DNA from: Nanobdellota archaeon
GTDB taxonomy: Archaea; Nanobdellota; Nanobdellia; Woesearchaeales; GW2011-AR4
Direction of reading: 5' to 3'
NCBI GenBank assembly: GCA_022564635.1
Contig: JADFLA010000004.1
Coordinates: 1-52,531 of the forward strand
DNA: 52,531 bases
The notes beneath the pieces were generated by a model. It worked only from the letters and a program-made list of their open reading frames with translations, was not told the origin of the DNA and did not search any database. Within the stretch, counting starts at the first letter, position 1, and every line of letters starts with the position of its first letter. Shown here piece by piece: positions 25,916 through 34,782 of this stretch. The position numbers were made by a program, and so were the translations under genes.

Positions 25916-26809
25916 TTAATTTTTCTTCTTTACAGCATGCCCCCCAAACTCTCTCCTTGTAGCAGCTATTACCTTTTTTCCCAAAATAAACTTCTTACTT
26001 TTATCCTGCCTTATTTTTGTAGCAATTTCAAAAGCAGGAGCATACCCTTTAATCGATTTTGCTGTTTTCTTGAGCTCGTCAATTGTAACACTACCAATTT
26101 TTGGACTAATATTATTAAAATCTGGTCTTTTAAGTGCTATATTTGTAAGGTCAAGTAACCAACTATTTACCACACTTGCTGGCCTCCACACAGAAGTTGC
26201 TTTAACAATATCTATCGGCTGTTTAAACTTACTGAGTAACTCTACACCTTCTGCTAAACCTTGCAAATATACATACTCAACTATGTTATGCACACTTTTG
26301 ACAAAATGTCCTGCTCCGGCATTTCCAAAATAACCATAACCTCCTTTAGCAGAAAGAGCTCTGCAAATAGGTTCTATATACCTAAATTTTTTCTTAGGTC
26401 CACCAATCATTAAAGTGTATCCATTTTTTAGGCCCCAAATACCTCCTGATACACCGCAATCAAAAAAATAAATGCCATATTTTTTACACCATTTGTCATG
26501 TTTTTCTGCATTTTTATAGAAATCATTTGCCCCATCTATTATAATATCCCCTTTCTTTAATAACCGTAGTATTTTTTTCATCATATGATCAGTAGCTTTG
26601 CCTGCCGGTAACATCAACCAAACAATTTTCTTCCCAGGCAGCTTCTCAATTAACTCCTCAACACTGTAAGCAGGAATAGCACCTTTCCTAGCAATTTTCG
26701 TGACTTTTTCAGGGCTTCTATTATATGCAACAACATTAATTTTATACTTAAGAAGTCTCTCAACCATATGAAAACCCATTCTCCCTAAACCAATAAAACC
26801 CAGTTTCAT
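25916..26809 (-). CDS. gnd: 6-phosphogluconate dehydrogenase (decarboxylating), short type
   Basis: GLGRMG, WLMLPAG, DCGVSGG, GAGHFVKSVHNIVEY, SWLLDL, REFGGH. Confidence 0.92.
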   Translation of the reverse strand: MKLGFIGLGRMGFHMVERLLKYKINVVAYNRSPEKVTKIARKGAIPAYSVEELIEKLPGKKIVWLMLPAGKATDHMMKKILRLLKKGDIIIDGANDFYKNAEKHDKWCKKYGIYFFDCGVSGGIWGLKNGYTLMIGGPKKKFRYIEPICRALSAKGGYGYFGNAGAGHFVKSVHNIVEYVYLQGLAEGVELLSKFKQPIDIVKATSVWRPASVVNSWLLDLTNIALKRPDFNNISPKIGSVTIDELKKTAKSIKGYAPAFEIATKIRQDKSKKFILGKKVIAATRREFGGHAVKKKN

Positions 26810-27032
26810 ATTAAAATCACCAATTTTTTATTTTGATTGTTATTTTTTATTGCAATATTCATATTTTTTATATTATTAATTATTTTATTTTTAATTATTA
26901 TTATTAATTTATTGAAATTTTATTGTATTCTTTATTATTGCACCTTTTTTATTATTGAAGTTAATTTTTATTTAATAATTGAATTGAATAAGTAGTATTT
27001 AAATAATATGCCTTTAACCCTATAAAAATATA

Positions 27033-27584
27033 ATGAAATCTATAATATTATTGCTATTAACCATTATTATATTGCTTCTAGTTTCAGCATGTAAAACAAT
27101 AGAAGAACCTAAAGAAAAAGTTGTAGAATTCGGAAAAACTATTACATTTGACTATGCAGCAGGGTTTGACAATGGAACTTTGTTCGATACTTCTTTTGAA
27201 GTAGCTGCAAGAGAAGCAGGTATTTACGATCCCGACAGAATTTATGAACCAGTTACTATCGTGTATGGTCAAGGCACATTTTTTCCTGGCTTAGAGCAGG
27301 CATTACTTGGGATGAAAGAAGAAGAAACAAAAAATATAAGAATCCCTCCTGATAAAGCTTATGGCACAAAAATAGAAAACTCTACAAGAGTTTTGCCAAA
27401 AACTACAATTGATAATTACGAAAATCTAAAAATTGATGATGTAGTCACAATAGTCGATCGCGATGGAAATAAAATTAATACTTATGTAAAAGAAATAGAA
27501 GAGGAAAACATTATTGTTGATTTGAATCATCCTCTTGCTGGACAATATATTCAATTTGCGATAATATTAAGGAGCATAGAATAA
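27033..27584 (+). CDS. FKBP-type peptidyl-prolyl isomerase (SlyD-like) with lipoprotein signal
   Basis: LVSAC lipobox, FDTS, GLEQALLGM, IPPDKAYG, VDLNHPLAG. Confidence 0.9.
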   Translation: MKSIILLLLTIIILLLVSACKTIEEPKEKVVEFGKTITFDYAAGFDNGTLFDTSFEVAAREAGIYDPDRIYEPVTIVYGQGTFFPGLEQALLGMKEEETKNIRIPPDKAYGTKIENSTRVLPKTTIDNYENLKIDDVVTIVDRDGNKINTYVKEIEEENIIVDLNHPLAGQYIQFAIILRSIE

Positions 27585-27689
27585 ATTTTAATTATTATTT
27601 CTTTATACCCTTTCTAAATTTTTATTTTTTTAATTTAACAATTTTAATATTTTTTATTATTGATTTATTGTATTGAATTTTGTCAATGT

Positions 27690-27776
27690 ATAGTGGCGGA
27701 ACTAAATAATTGAGCAATATTATTCCGCCACTATGTTAGAGAACACAAACTATTTTGCTCAATTATTTGTGTTCTC
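27690..27776. repeat. Two tandem hairpins with mutually complementary loop regions, between convergent genes
   Basis: ATAGTGGCGGAA/TTCCGCCACTAT (27690-27734) and GAGAACACAAA/TTTGTGTTCTC (27739-27776). Confidence 0.8.
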
Positions 27777-27778
27777 CG

Positions 27779-29272
27779 TTATACATATGTTTTAATAGGA
27801 TCTAATTCCTTAACCTCAACTTTACCAACCAAACTCCTCAACATATGACCAGATATTTCCAAATCATAAAATTTCTTCAACTCTAATCTTCCTTTTACTC
27901 CGACAATTAATGGATAAGTTCCAAATTGTCTGCAAAATGTAGTATTGCCGTCATAGATCTCTGCATAACAATTCCTAAGTACAGTACCTTTTGGAATGAT
28001 TCTTTGTAACATTGGCCAATCAATCTTCTGTCTTATCTCATTTCTCCATTTCCAATAATATTTTTTATTTTTCTTCAAAAATTTATCTTTGCCTTCATCA
28101 AATAAAGAAGTTCCTTCAAATATAGCAACCTGCCTTATATTAATTCTTCTTAACATTAAACCATCATTATATATTTTCTTAAGCCATTTCATATTTTCTT
28201 CATGAGTTTTTTTACTTTCCCCCCTTAACCCAAAAATTATGTTGATGCCTGGCAAGAACCTTGGCATTCCATCTTCCCCCCTTTCTGCTCCATATTTATT
28301 TAGAATCTTTACAGCTTCATAAGCAATATTAGGAGAACTATTAAGAGTGTTTTCCTTGCAAACTTCTTTATCAAAACTCTCTACTCCAAAAGCAGCTATA
28401 TTACCTGAAGTGCAATACTTAACAATAGCCTTTGTTATTTCATGGTTTTTGTCCATAATAACCTTAACTGGATTTACATTATCAAGATGTAAAACCCTAA
28501 TATCCTTACAATTTTCCCTTATTTCCTTTAACAATTCAATAGCATAAGGTAATGTGTAAAAACAAGTTTGCTTTCCCAATCTAAAATATTTACAACCAAG
28601 TTTATAAAACTCAACAACCTCTTTTAAAACATCTTCCTTATCTCTAAATTCAACTTTATTTTTTATTGGTTCTGTGCAAAAACTGCATTTTCCTATATCA
28701 CAACCATGTCCCGTCTCAATTTCTATCATTCTGTAATCCGGAATCTGTTTAATAATTTTTACACCACCAATTGCATAATCCTTAACCTTATCATATTTAA
28801 AATTAAACATAGAATAATCAACCTTATCAAATATTGATTTGTCATATTTCTCAAAGAATTTTCCCCCATAAAGCTGGGTTCCAAATACTGCCGGACCTGT
28901 AAGTATTTTTTTGCATTTAAGATCCCTAATTAATGGAATAACCTCATTTAAAGTCCCAGGCACTGCAGAAAGATATTTCCCAGGAACATGAACACCTAAA
29001 ACAATAATTAATACATCAGTTTCTTCCAATATTTTATTAATATTTTTATAATTAATTGTTAAATTGTAAGTTGTAATGTTTGTTTTTTGAGATGGTTTAG
29101 GATGTCGTACTTCTGAATTATTTTTCTTGTATAGTCTTAAATCATCTATTGTCAAATAATTTACATCTTCATTCAAATAACCTGCTATATACCTTGGATA
29201 TGTCCCCAGATAAGGTGGAACACCTAATCCTGCTGGCTCATCAGTATAGCAATCCAAAATTGTATATGTCAT
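27779..29272 (-). CDS. Archaeal radical SAM protein (COG1031-like) with C-terminal TRAM-like segment
   Basis: YTDEPAGLGVPPY, VPGKYL, ETGHGCDIGKCSFCTEP, LHLDNVNP, RRINIRQV, RQFGTYP. Confidence 0.85.
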   Translation of the reverse strand: MTYTILDCYTDEPAGLGVPPYLGTYPRYIAGYLNEDVNYLTIDDLRLYKKNNSEVRHPKPSQKTNITTYNLTINYKNINKILEETDVLIIVLGVHVPGKYLSAVPGTLNEVIPLIRDLKCKKILTGPAVFGTQLYGGKFFEKYDKSIFDKVDYSMFNFKYDKVKDYAIGGVKIIKQIPDYRMIEIETGHGCDIGKCSFCTEPIKNKVEFRDKEDVLKEVVEFYKLGCKYFRLGKQTCFYTLPYAIELLKEIRENCKDIRVLHLDNVNPVKVIMDKNHEITKAIVKYCTSGNIAAFGVESFDKEVCKENTLNSSPNIAYEAVKILNKYGAERGEDGMPRFLPGINIIFGLRGESKKTHEENMKWLKKIYNDGLMLRRINIRQVAIFEGTSLFDEGKDKFLKKNKKYYWKWRNEIRQKIDWPMLQRIIPKGTVLRNCYAEIYDGNTTFCRQFGTYPLIVGVKGRLELKKFYDLEISGHMLRSLVGKVEVKELDPIKTYV

Positions 29273-29373
29273 AGATATTAGTAATTTTTATGCTATTAAA
29301 AAGGTTTTTATTTAAATAAACATATAATAAAACATAAAAACATTTATATTACCTAAATTGAACATAAATTATT

Positions 29374-29988
29374 ATGGGGGCACTATTAATATCAATAATC
29401 GTTGTAGTTTTGATTATTGTTTTGTTCTTATTAAATTTCTACAGAGATCCTGAAAGAAAAATACCAATAGGCAACAATATAGTAAGCCCTGCAGATGGTC
29501 GCGTTTTAAAAATTTTAAAAACTAATAATAACAAAATAAAGATAAATAAAGGCTCTCTTGGAAAAATAGAAACCCTTACAAGGGATATAGCAAAAGAGTG
29601 CTATGTTATCTCGATTTTTATGTCTCCTTTTGATGTCCATGTTAACAGAGCTCCAATAGAAGGCGAAATAGGTTCTATAAAGTATAAAAAAGGAAAGTAT
29701 TTTGCTGCATATAATCTAAAAAAATCTTTAATGAACGAGAAAAATGAGATAATAATAAAAAATAAAATTATAGGAAAAATAAAGATGATACAGATTGCTG
29801 GTTTTCTTGCTAGAAGAATTATTTGCTCAGTAAATATTAATGATAAAGTTAATAAAGGACAGAGGATAGGCAAGATTGTACTTGGTTCACAAGTTACCTT
29901 AATATTACCATCAAAGAAAATAAAGCTTAAGATTAAAAAAAATCAAAAAGTGGTTGGGGGTGAAACAGTAGTTGCTATTTTAAGATGA
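29374..29988 (+). CDS. psd: Phosphatidylserine/archaetidylserine decarboxylase proenzyme
   Basis: FYRDPER, SPADG, IFMSPFDVHVNRAP, NEKN, QIAG..ARRI, LGS self-cleavage site. Confidence 0.93.
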   Translation: MGALLISIIVVVLIIVLFLLNFYRDPERKIPIGNNIVSPADGRVLKILKTNNNKIKINKGSLGKIETLTRDIAKECYVISIFMSPFDVHVNRAPIEGEIGSIKYKKGKYFAAYNLKKSLMNEKNEIIIKNKIIGKIKMIQIAGFLARRIICSVNINDKVNKGQRIGKIVLGSQVTLILPSKKIKLKIKKNQKVVGGETVVAILR

Positions 29989-30548
29989 ATTCCAAACTAG
30001 TATTTTTTTCTAATTTTCTTAAAAAACCAAAAGAAGTTGCAGCTGTTACTCCTAGTTCGAAATATGTAATCAATAAAATAACCAAAAATATTGATTTTAA
30101 CAAATCAAAATGCATTATTGAATATGGTCCGGGTGTTGGAACAATAACAAAAGAGATATTAAAGAACCTAAATCAAGATGCAAAATTAATCTGTTTTGAG
30201 TCAAACAAAAAATTTTGTAAATTCCTTAATCAAGATCTAGAAGATCCACGTTTAATAATTATAAATGATTCAGCTGAAAAACTCAATTTTTATCTTGAAA
30301 AACTTAATATAAATAATATTGATTACATATTATCCGGAATACCTTTTTCTTTGATTAAAAAGGAAATCAAAAAAGAAATTATAAAAAAAACAAGAGACAA
30401 CTTAAGAATAGGTGGAAAATTTATTATTTATCAACAATATAACTGGCATTTAAAAAAATATCTTGATATTTATTTCAAAAAAATTTCAACAAAAGTAGAG
30501 CTTAGAAATATACCTCCTACCTTGTTATATATATGTGAAAGAACATGA
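29985..30548 (+). CDS. Phospholipid N-methyltransferase (PmtA/COG3963-like)
   Basis: FLKKPKEVAAVTPSS, EYGPGVG, ILSGIPF, RNIPP; ATGA-coupled to psd. Confidence 0.8.
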   Translation: MNSKLVFFSNFLKKPKEVAAVTPSSKYVINKITKNIDFNKSKCIIEYGPGVGTITKEILKNLNQDAKLICFESNKKFCKFLNQDLEDPRLIIINDSAEKLNFYLEKLNINNIDYILSGIPFSLIKKEIKKEIIKKTRDNLRIGGKFIIYQQYNWHLKKYLDIYFKKISTKVELRNIPPTLLYICERT

Positions 30549-31579
30549 AAATAAGAATCAAGGAAAAAAAAATTTCTATAACAATAAGCTTATTTAGATT
30601 ATTCTCGGCATTTATATTATTTTTTATTATTGTTTCTGGAAAACAAGACATAGCTGTTTTTCTTTTTATTGTAACAGCATTTTGGTCTTTCTTTGAGCAT
30701 TTTATATACAAAAAACAGAAATCACAGTTGAGGTCTATAGTCGATTTATTGGCTGATAAACTGTTGGTAAACCTTACTGGAGTAGCTTTGGTAATAACAG
30801 ATTTACTTCCACTTTGGGCCATGTTAGTTTTTCTAGGCCGTGACCTACTAACAATAATAGGTGGCTCTTATTTATTTTATAAAGATATTAGGAGAGAATT
30901 TAAAGCTACTTTTATAGGAAAAATAACATTATTCTTCCAGATAATAGCATTGGTCCCTGCCATCCTAGGAGAGATAGACTGGGTTTTGATGTGGACAGCA
31001 ATAACATTAACAGTAATATCGGCAATAGAGTTATTCTTTAAATCAGAATTTAGATTAACAAGAAGAACAGATATAAGTGAATTTAGAATATCGAAGTTAT
31101 TGAAAATTTCGGATATTTTTACTTTGGCAAACATTATTTTTGGCTTAACCGCAATATTTTTTGCAATAAATAGGAACTATAATTATATGATAATTTCACT
31201 TTTCTTGGCTGTCTTAGCCGATTATACAGACGGAAAATTAGCAAAAAAACTTAAACAGCAAAATATTTTTGGAAAAGAACTGGATTCTTTAGCAGATACA
31301 GTATCTTTTGGTGTAGCTCCGGCAATTTTTGGTTTTTCTTTAATCCAAACACCTTTGGCAATAGTTTCCTTCACAATTTTTTTATTTTGCGGCGTCTTGA
31401 GATTAGCCCGGTATAATATCATGGACATGCAAGACAGCTATGCAGGAATGCCTATAACCCTAAATGGAATTATTATTCCAATAGTTTACCTTGCTAAAGT
31501 ACCTTTTGATTATTATCCATATATATACATTTTACTAGGTATTCTTATGGTGTCATCTTTAGGAATTAGAAAATTATAA
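30545..31579 (+). CDS. pssA: Fusion: degenerate PgsA-like domain + phosphatidylserine synthase (PssA-type)
   Basis: C-terminal domain has DYTDGKLAK..FGKELDSLADTVSFGVAPA, LRLARYN, GMP. N-terminal domain retains DLLADK and GRD but lacks DxxDGxxAR. Confidence 0.85.
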   Translation: MKIRIKEKKISITISLFRLFSAFILFFIIVSGKQDIAVFLFIVTAFWSFFEHFIYKKQKSQLRSIVDLLADKLLVNLTGVALVITDLLPLWAMLVFLGRDLLTIIGGSYLFYKDIRREFKATFIGKITLFFQIIALVPAILGEIDWVLMWTAITLTVISAIELFFKSEFRLTRRTDISEFRISKLLKISDIFTLANIIFGLTAIFFAINRNYNYMIISLFLAVLADYTDGKLAKKLKQQNIFGKELDSLADTVSFGVAPAIFGFSLIQTPLAIVSFTIFLFCGVLRLARYNIMDMQDSYAGMPITLNGIIIPIVYLAKVPFDYYPYIYILLGILMVSSLGIRKL

Positions 31580-31586
31580 CTTAAAA

Positions 31587-32027
31587 TCAAGAAACAATAT
31601 AACTAAAAATCGCAGAAATAAAACCTATAATCAAACCAACAAGCACTTGCATAGGGGTGTGACCTAAAGAATAATGAAATTTACTTATTTTTATATTTTC
31701 ATATTTAACAATTTTTTCAATTATTTTTCCTTCCTCACCAACACTTCTTCTTACACCCATTGCATCCCTTAGAACAATCAAAGAAAAAGTAAAAACTACA
31801 AAAAATAGCGGGCTTAGACCTTGATTTAACCATATTATAGTTGTAAGCGAACTTACTAAAGCAGAGTGTGTACTTGGCATTCCTCCTGTTATAATCAAAT
31901 CCTTAAAATGAAATTTTTGTTTGTGTTTTAACGTAATGATTAATATTTTTGCTAATTGAGCTATAACCCCTGCTAATAAGATAGATAGAAAAATATTATT
32001 TGCGAATAAATCAGCTATAATGGGCAT
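31587..32027 (-). CDS. Divergent PAP2 / DUF212 membrane protein
   Basis: AQLAK, TGGMPSTHSA, DAMGVRR, LGHTP.QV; ATG 32027 preferred. Confidence 0.9.
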   Translation of the reverse strand: MPIIADLFANNIFLSILLAGVIAQLAKILIITLKHKQKFHFKDLIITGGMPSTHSALVSSLTTIIWLNQGLSPLFFVVFTFSLIVLRDAMGVRRSVGEEGKIIEKIVKYENIKISKFHYSLGHTPMQVLVGLIIGFISAIFSYIVS

Positions 32028-32072
32028 ATTAAAAAAGCTTAAATAATAGTTTATAAATATTTCTAAAGTCAA

Positions 32073-32783
32073 ATGAAACAAAAGCACCATACTACATTTT
32101 ATATATTAACTGTAATAATAATTGTAATTTTTTTCTTATCCTTGAAATTCGGATATATAGACAAATTAGACCTAAGTCCATCTAAAATAAAAGATGAACT
32201 ATTGGAATTTGGGATATTTGCGCCACTAATATTAATTGCAATTCAATTTTTGTTAGCGATTATATCTATTTTACCAAGTGCATTATTTGTTATAGCAGGA
32301 GGTTACTTATTTGGACCGTTCTTTGGCACCTTATACAGCCTAATAGGCATGTTAATAGGATCTTTAGTAGTCTTCTCAATTGCAAAGAGATTTGGAAGAA
32401 ATTTTGTTGAAAGATTTGTAGATAAAAGGGAGTTACACCATTTTGATTTATTCTTTAAAAAGAAAGGGAAATTGGTTTTTATTTTTGCAAGTTACCTATC
32501 AATTTTTCCTAGAGATACTATAAGTCTCTGTGCTGGATTAACAAAGATTAAAAAATTGGAATTCATTATGATTTCAATAATGGCATTTATTCCTCACCTA
32601 TTAATACTTACTTATTTTGGCTCTCAATTATCCAAAAATATTTTTGACTATAGGATAATATTAGCTGGAATAATTATAATTGTCTCGCTAATTTTATATT
32701 ATTTTAGACACAAAATTAAAGGTTTAATAGTAAAAGAAATAAAAATATTTGAAGAAGAGTATAAAAAGAAAAAGTTTTTTTAA
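32073..32783 (+). CDS. DedA/TVP38/VTT family membrane protein
   Basis: P....IAGGYLFG..G..YS..G...GS...F.IAKRFGR. Confidence 0.9.
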   Translation: MKQKHHTTFYILTVIIIVIFFLSLKFGYIDKLDLSPSKIKDELLEFGIFAPLILIAIQFLLAIISILPSALFVIAGGYLFGPFFGTLYSLIGMLIGSLVVFSIAKRFGRNFVERFVDKRELHHFDLFFKKKGKLVFIFASYLSIFPRDTISLCAGLTKIKKLEFIMISIMAFIPHLLILTYFGSQLSKNIFDYRIILAGIIIIVSLILYYFRHKIKGLIVKEIKIFEEEYKKKKFF

Positions 32784-32804
32784 AAAAGAGGAGTTAATTA
32801 TAGC

Positions 32805-32882
32805 ATGGTAAGACTAATTGTTTATAATATAGAATATTGTGAGGGTATGACAGGTTTATGGTGGGAATATTTTAAAATTTGA
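32805..32882 (+). pseudogene. 25-codon N-terminal remnant, resembling an endonuclease/exonuclease/phosphatase (EEP) family start
   Basis: GAGGAG RBS, then MVRLIVYNIEYCEGMTGLWWEYFKI-TGA; hydrophobic-YNI is the typical first EEP strand. Confidence 0.45.
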
Positions 32883-32929
32883 TTTGCGTAAATAAAACCA
32901 ATATAGAAATGATCTTGAGTGATGCATAG

Positions 32930-33490
32930 CTAGATATTTGATAATATTTCCTTTCTATGCCAGAGTAAGAAATTTAATGCGTAACCAAGGGATATAATTG
33001 TCATAATCAAAGTTAAATAAAAAACTAAAGTATTATTGAAAAGAAATATTATTTTATCTGAATATGTAAGGTATAAAAAAATCTGTATATAGAGTACTAC
33101 AATTGTTTGCATAAAAAGTTTACTTTTTCCCATCCAATTTGCACCAACAACTTTCTTTGGAGTAGAGCAAAACTGTCTAATTCCAGTAACTAGCAATTCT
33201 CTAAATAAAATTAACAGTGCCATCCATAATGGAATCAGATCTAAATCTACAAAAATAAAAAACATTGTAAGAATTAGCATTTTGTCAATAAGGGGGTCAA
33301 AGAATGTACCAAATGCAGATTTTTGGTTGTGATGCCTTGCAATAAACCCATCAGCCCAATCAGTCAAAGAAGCAATAATAAAAAATATTGTGCTTAACAA
33401 TATATAATTTGGATTATCTGAGTAGAGAAGAAATGCTATAGTTGGAATTAAGAAAAATCTAATGAGTGTTAACAGATTTGGTATTTTCAT
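32930..33490 (-). CDS. pgsA: CDP-alcohol phosphatidyltransferase, PgsA-like
   Basis: MKIPNLLTLIR, TDWADGFIAR..FGTFFDPLIDK, RELLVTGIR, GKSK..Q; ATG 33490 preferred. Confidence 0.88.
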   Translation of the reverse strand: MKIPNLLTLIRFFLIPTIAFLLYSDNPNYILLSTIFFIIASLTDWADGFIARHHNQKSAFGTFFDPLIDKMLILTMFFIFVDLDLIPLWMALLILFRELLVTGIRQFCSTPKKVVGANWMGKSKLFMQTIVVLYIQIFLYLTYSDKIIFLFNNTLVFYLTLIMTIISLGYALNFLLWHRKEILSNI

Positions 33491-33567
33491 ATAAGATGAA
33501 GAATTAAAGTCTTTGCTTTTTATATCTTTCGTAAAATTTATTAACACATTATAAATATCTCCCGTCA

Positions 33568-34782
33568 ATGAATTTTCATAAGGAAAATAAGGAATTGCAA
33601 AGTTTATTGGATAATAGCTCGTCAGAGAGTACTTATCTGAATAATTTAAATATTCATGTAGGGAATAATGAACATGAAAATATAGTCAAGGCTATGAGAA
33701 AATTTGGAGAAAGAGTTCTTTTTTGCACTGGAAATAGGGCAATGAGGCATTATGGATTCTTAGACATCTATTTAAAATTGTTTAGCAAATTTAATTTTAG
33801 AGTAGTGTATTATGATAATATTTCAGTAAACCCAACCTTAAAACAGATGGAAGAAGGTCTTACTGTAGCAAAAGAGTTTAATCCTGATTTTATTTTTGCA
33901 TTAGGCGGCGGCTCAGTTATTGATACAGCAAAAGTAATAAGTGTTGGATTATTTGGAGATATTTGGGACTTTGTTGAAAAAAAGCAGGAGATTAAAAAAG
34001 CAATTCCAATCGTAGCAAGCGCAACTACGTCAGGAACTGGTAGTCATGTAACCCCTTATGCAGTTATTACTAATACAGATACATTACAAAAAAAAACATT
34101 AAAGCACGATCTACTGTTGCCTAAGATGTCGATTAATGACTTAGATATAATAAAATATATGCCAAAGTACATTATAGCAACAACTGGTTTTGATGTTTTA
34201 TGTCATGCGACTGAAGTATTTACCCGAAATGAATGTACAAACATAGCAGAAAATTTTTGTATCAAATCATGTAAGTCGATAAGAGAGAATCTCGTTAGCT
34301 CTTATAATCAGGATTCTGTTAAGAACAAATTGGGTATGATTTATGCTGACATATATGCAGGAATTGCTTTAGCATTAATTGGTACACATGTTCCTCATGC
34401 TATATCACATCCAATATCAGCAAGATTCCAAAATATTAATCATGGGCATTCATTGGCTTATATTACAGCTGAAACTGCAAAAAAACTTATAGAGAAAAAG
34501 AATTCCAATTTAAATAACAAATTTAGGTTTTTATCAGATATATTGGGTGGTAGTTCTGATTTTGTTAGAGCAGTTAATAATTATAAACAATTATTAGGGT
34601 TAAATAGCATCCACACTTTTAATGATATGGATTGTCAATTAATATACGAAGACACTCTAGGTTACAGGAGGGATAGTGTTGATAGAAGTCCTGTTGTATT
34701 ATTGGATGAAGATATAAAAGATATTATTTTTCATTCCCTAAAAAATGATAATGCTAAAATTAATAAAGGTCATCATTTATAA
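33568..34782 (+). CDS. Iron-containing alcohol dehydrogenase family protein
   Basis: NPT, LGGGSVIDTAK, TTSGTGS, D.LCHATE, HAISH, HG metal ligands. Confidence 0.9.
   Translation: MNFHKENKELQSLLDNSSSESTYLNNLNIHVGNNEHENIVKAMRKFGERVLFCTGNRAMRHYGFLDIYLKLFSKFNFRVVYYDNISVNPTLKQMEEGLTVAKEFNPDFIFALGGGSVIDTAKVISVGLFGDIWDFVEKKQEIKKAIPIVASATTSGTGSHVTPYAVITNTDTLQKKTLKHDLLLPKMSINDLDIIKYMPKYIIATTGFDVLCHATEVFTRNECTNIAENFCIKSCKSIRENLVSSYNQDSVKNKLGMIYADIYAGIALALIGTHVPHAISHPISARFQNINHGHSLAYITAETAKKLIEKKNSNLNNKFRFLSDILGGSSDFVRAVNNYKQLLGLNSIHTFNDMDCQLIYEDTLGYRRDSVDRSPVVLLDEDIKDIIFHSLKNDNAKINKGHHL

Noticed and set aside
33568-34782. Calling the Fe-ADH an archaeal G1P dehydrogenase (egsA)
   Set aside because: Length and motifs (NPT, TTSGTGS) fit generic Fe-ADH; the substrate cannot be assigned by eye.
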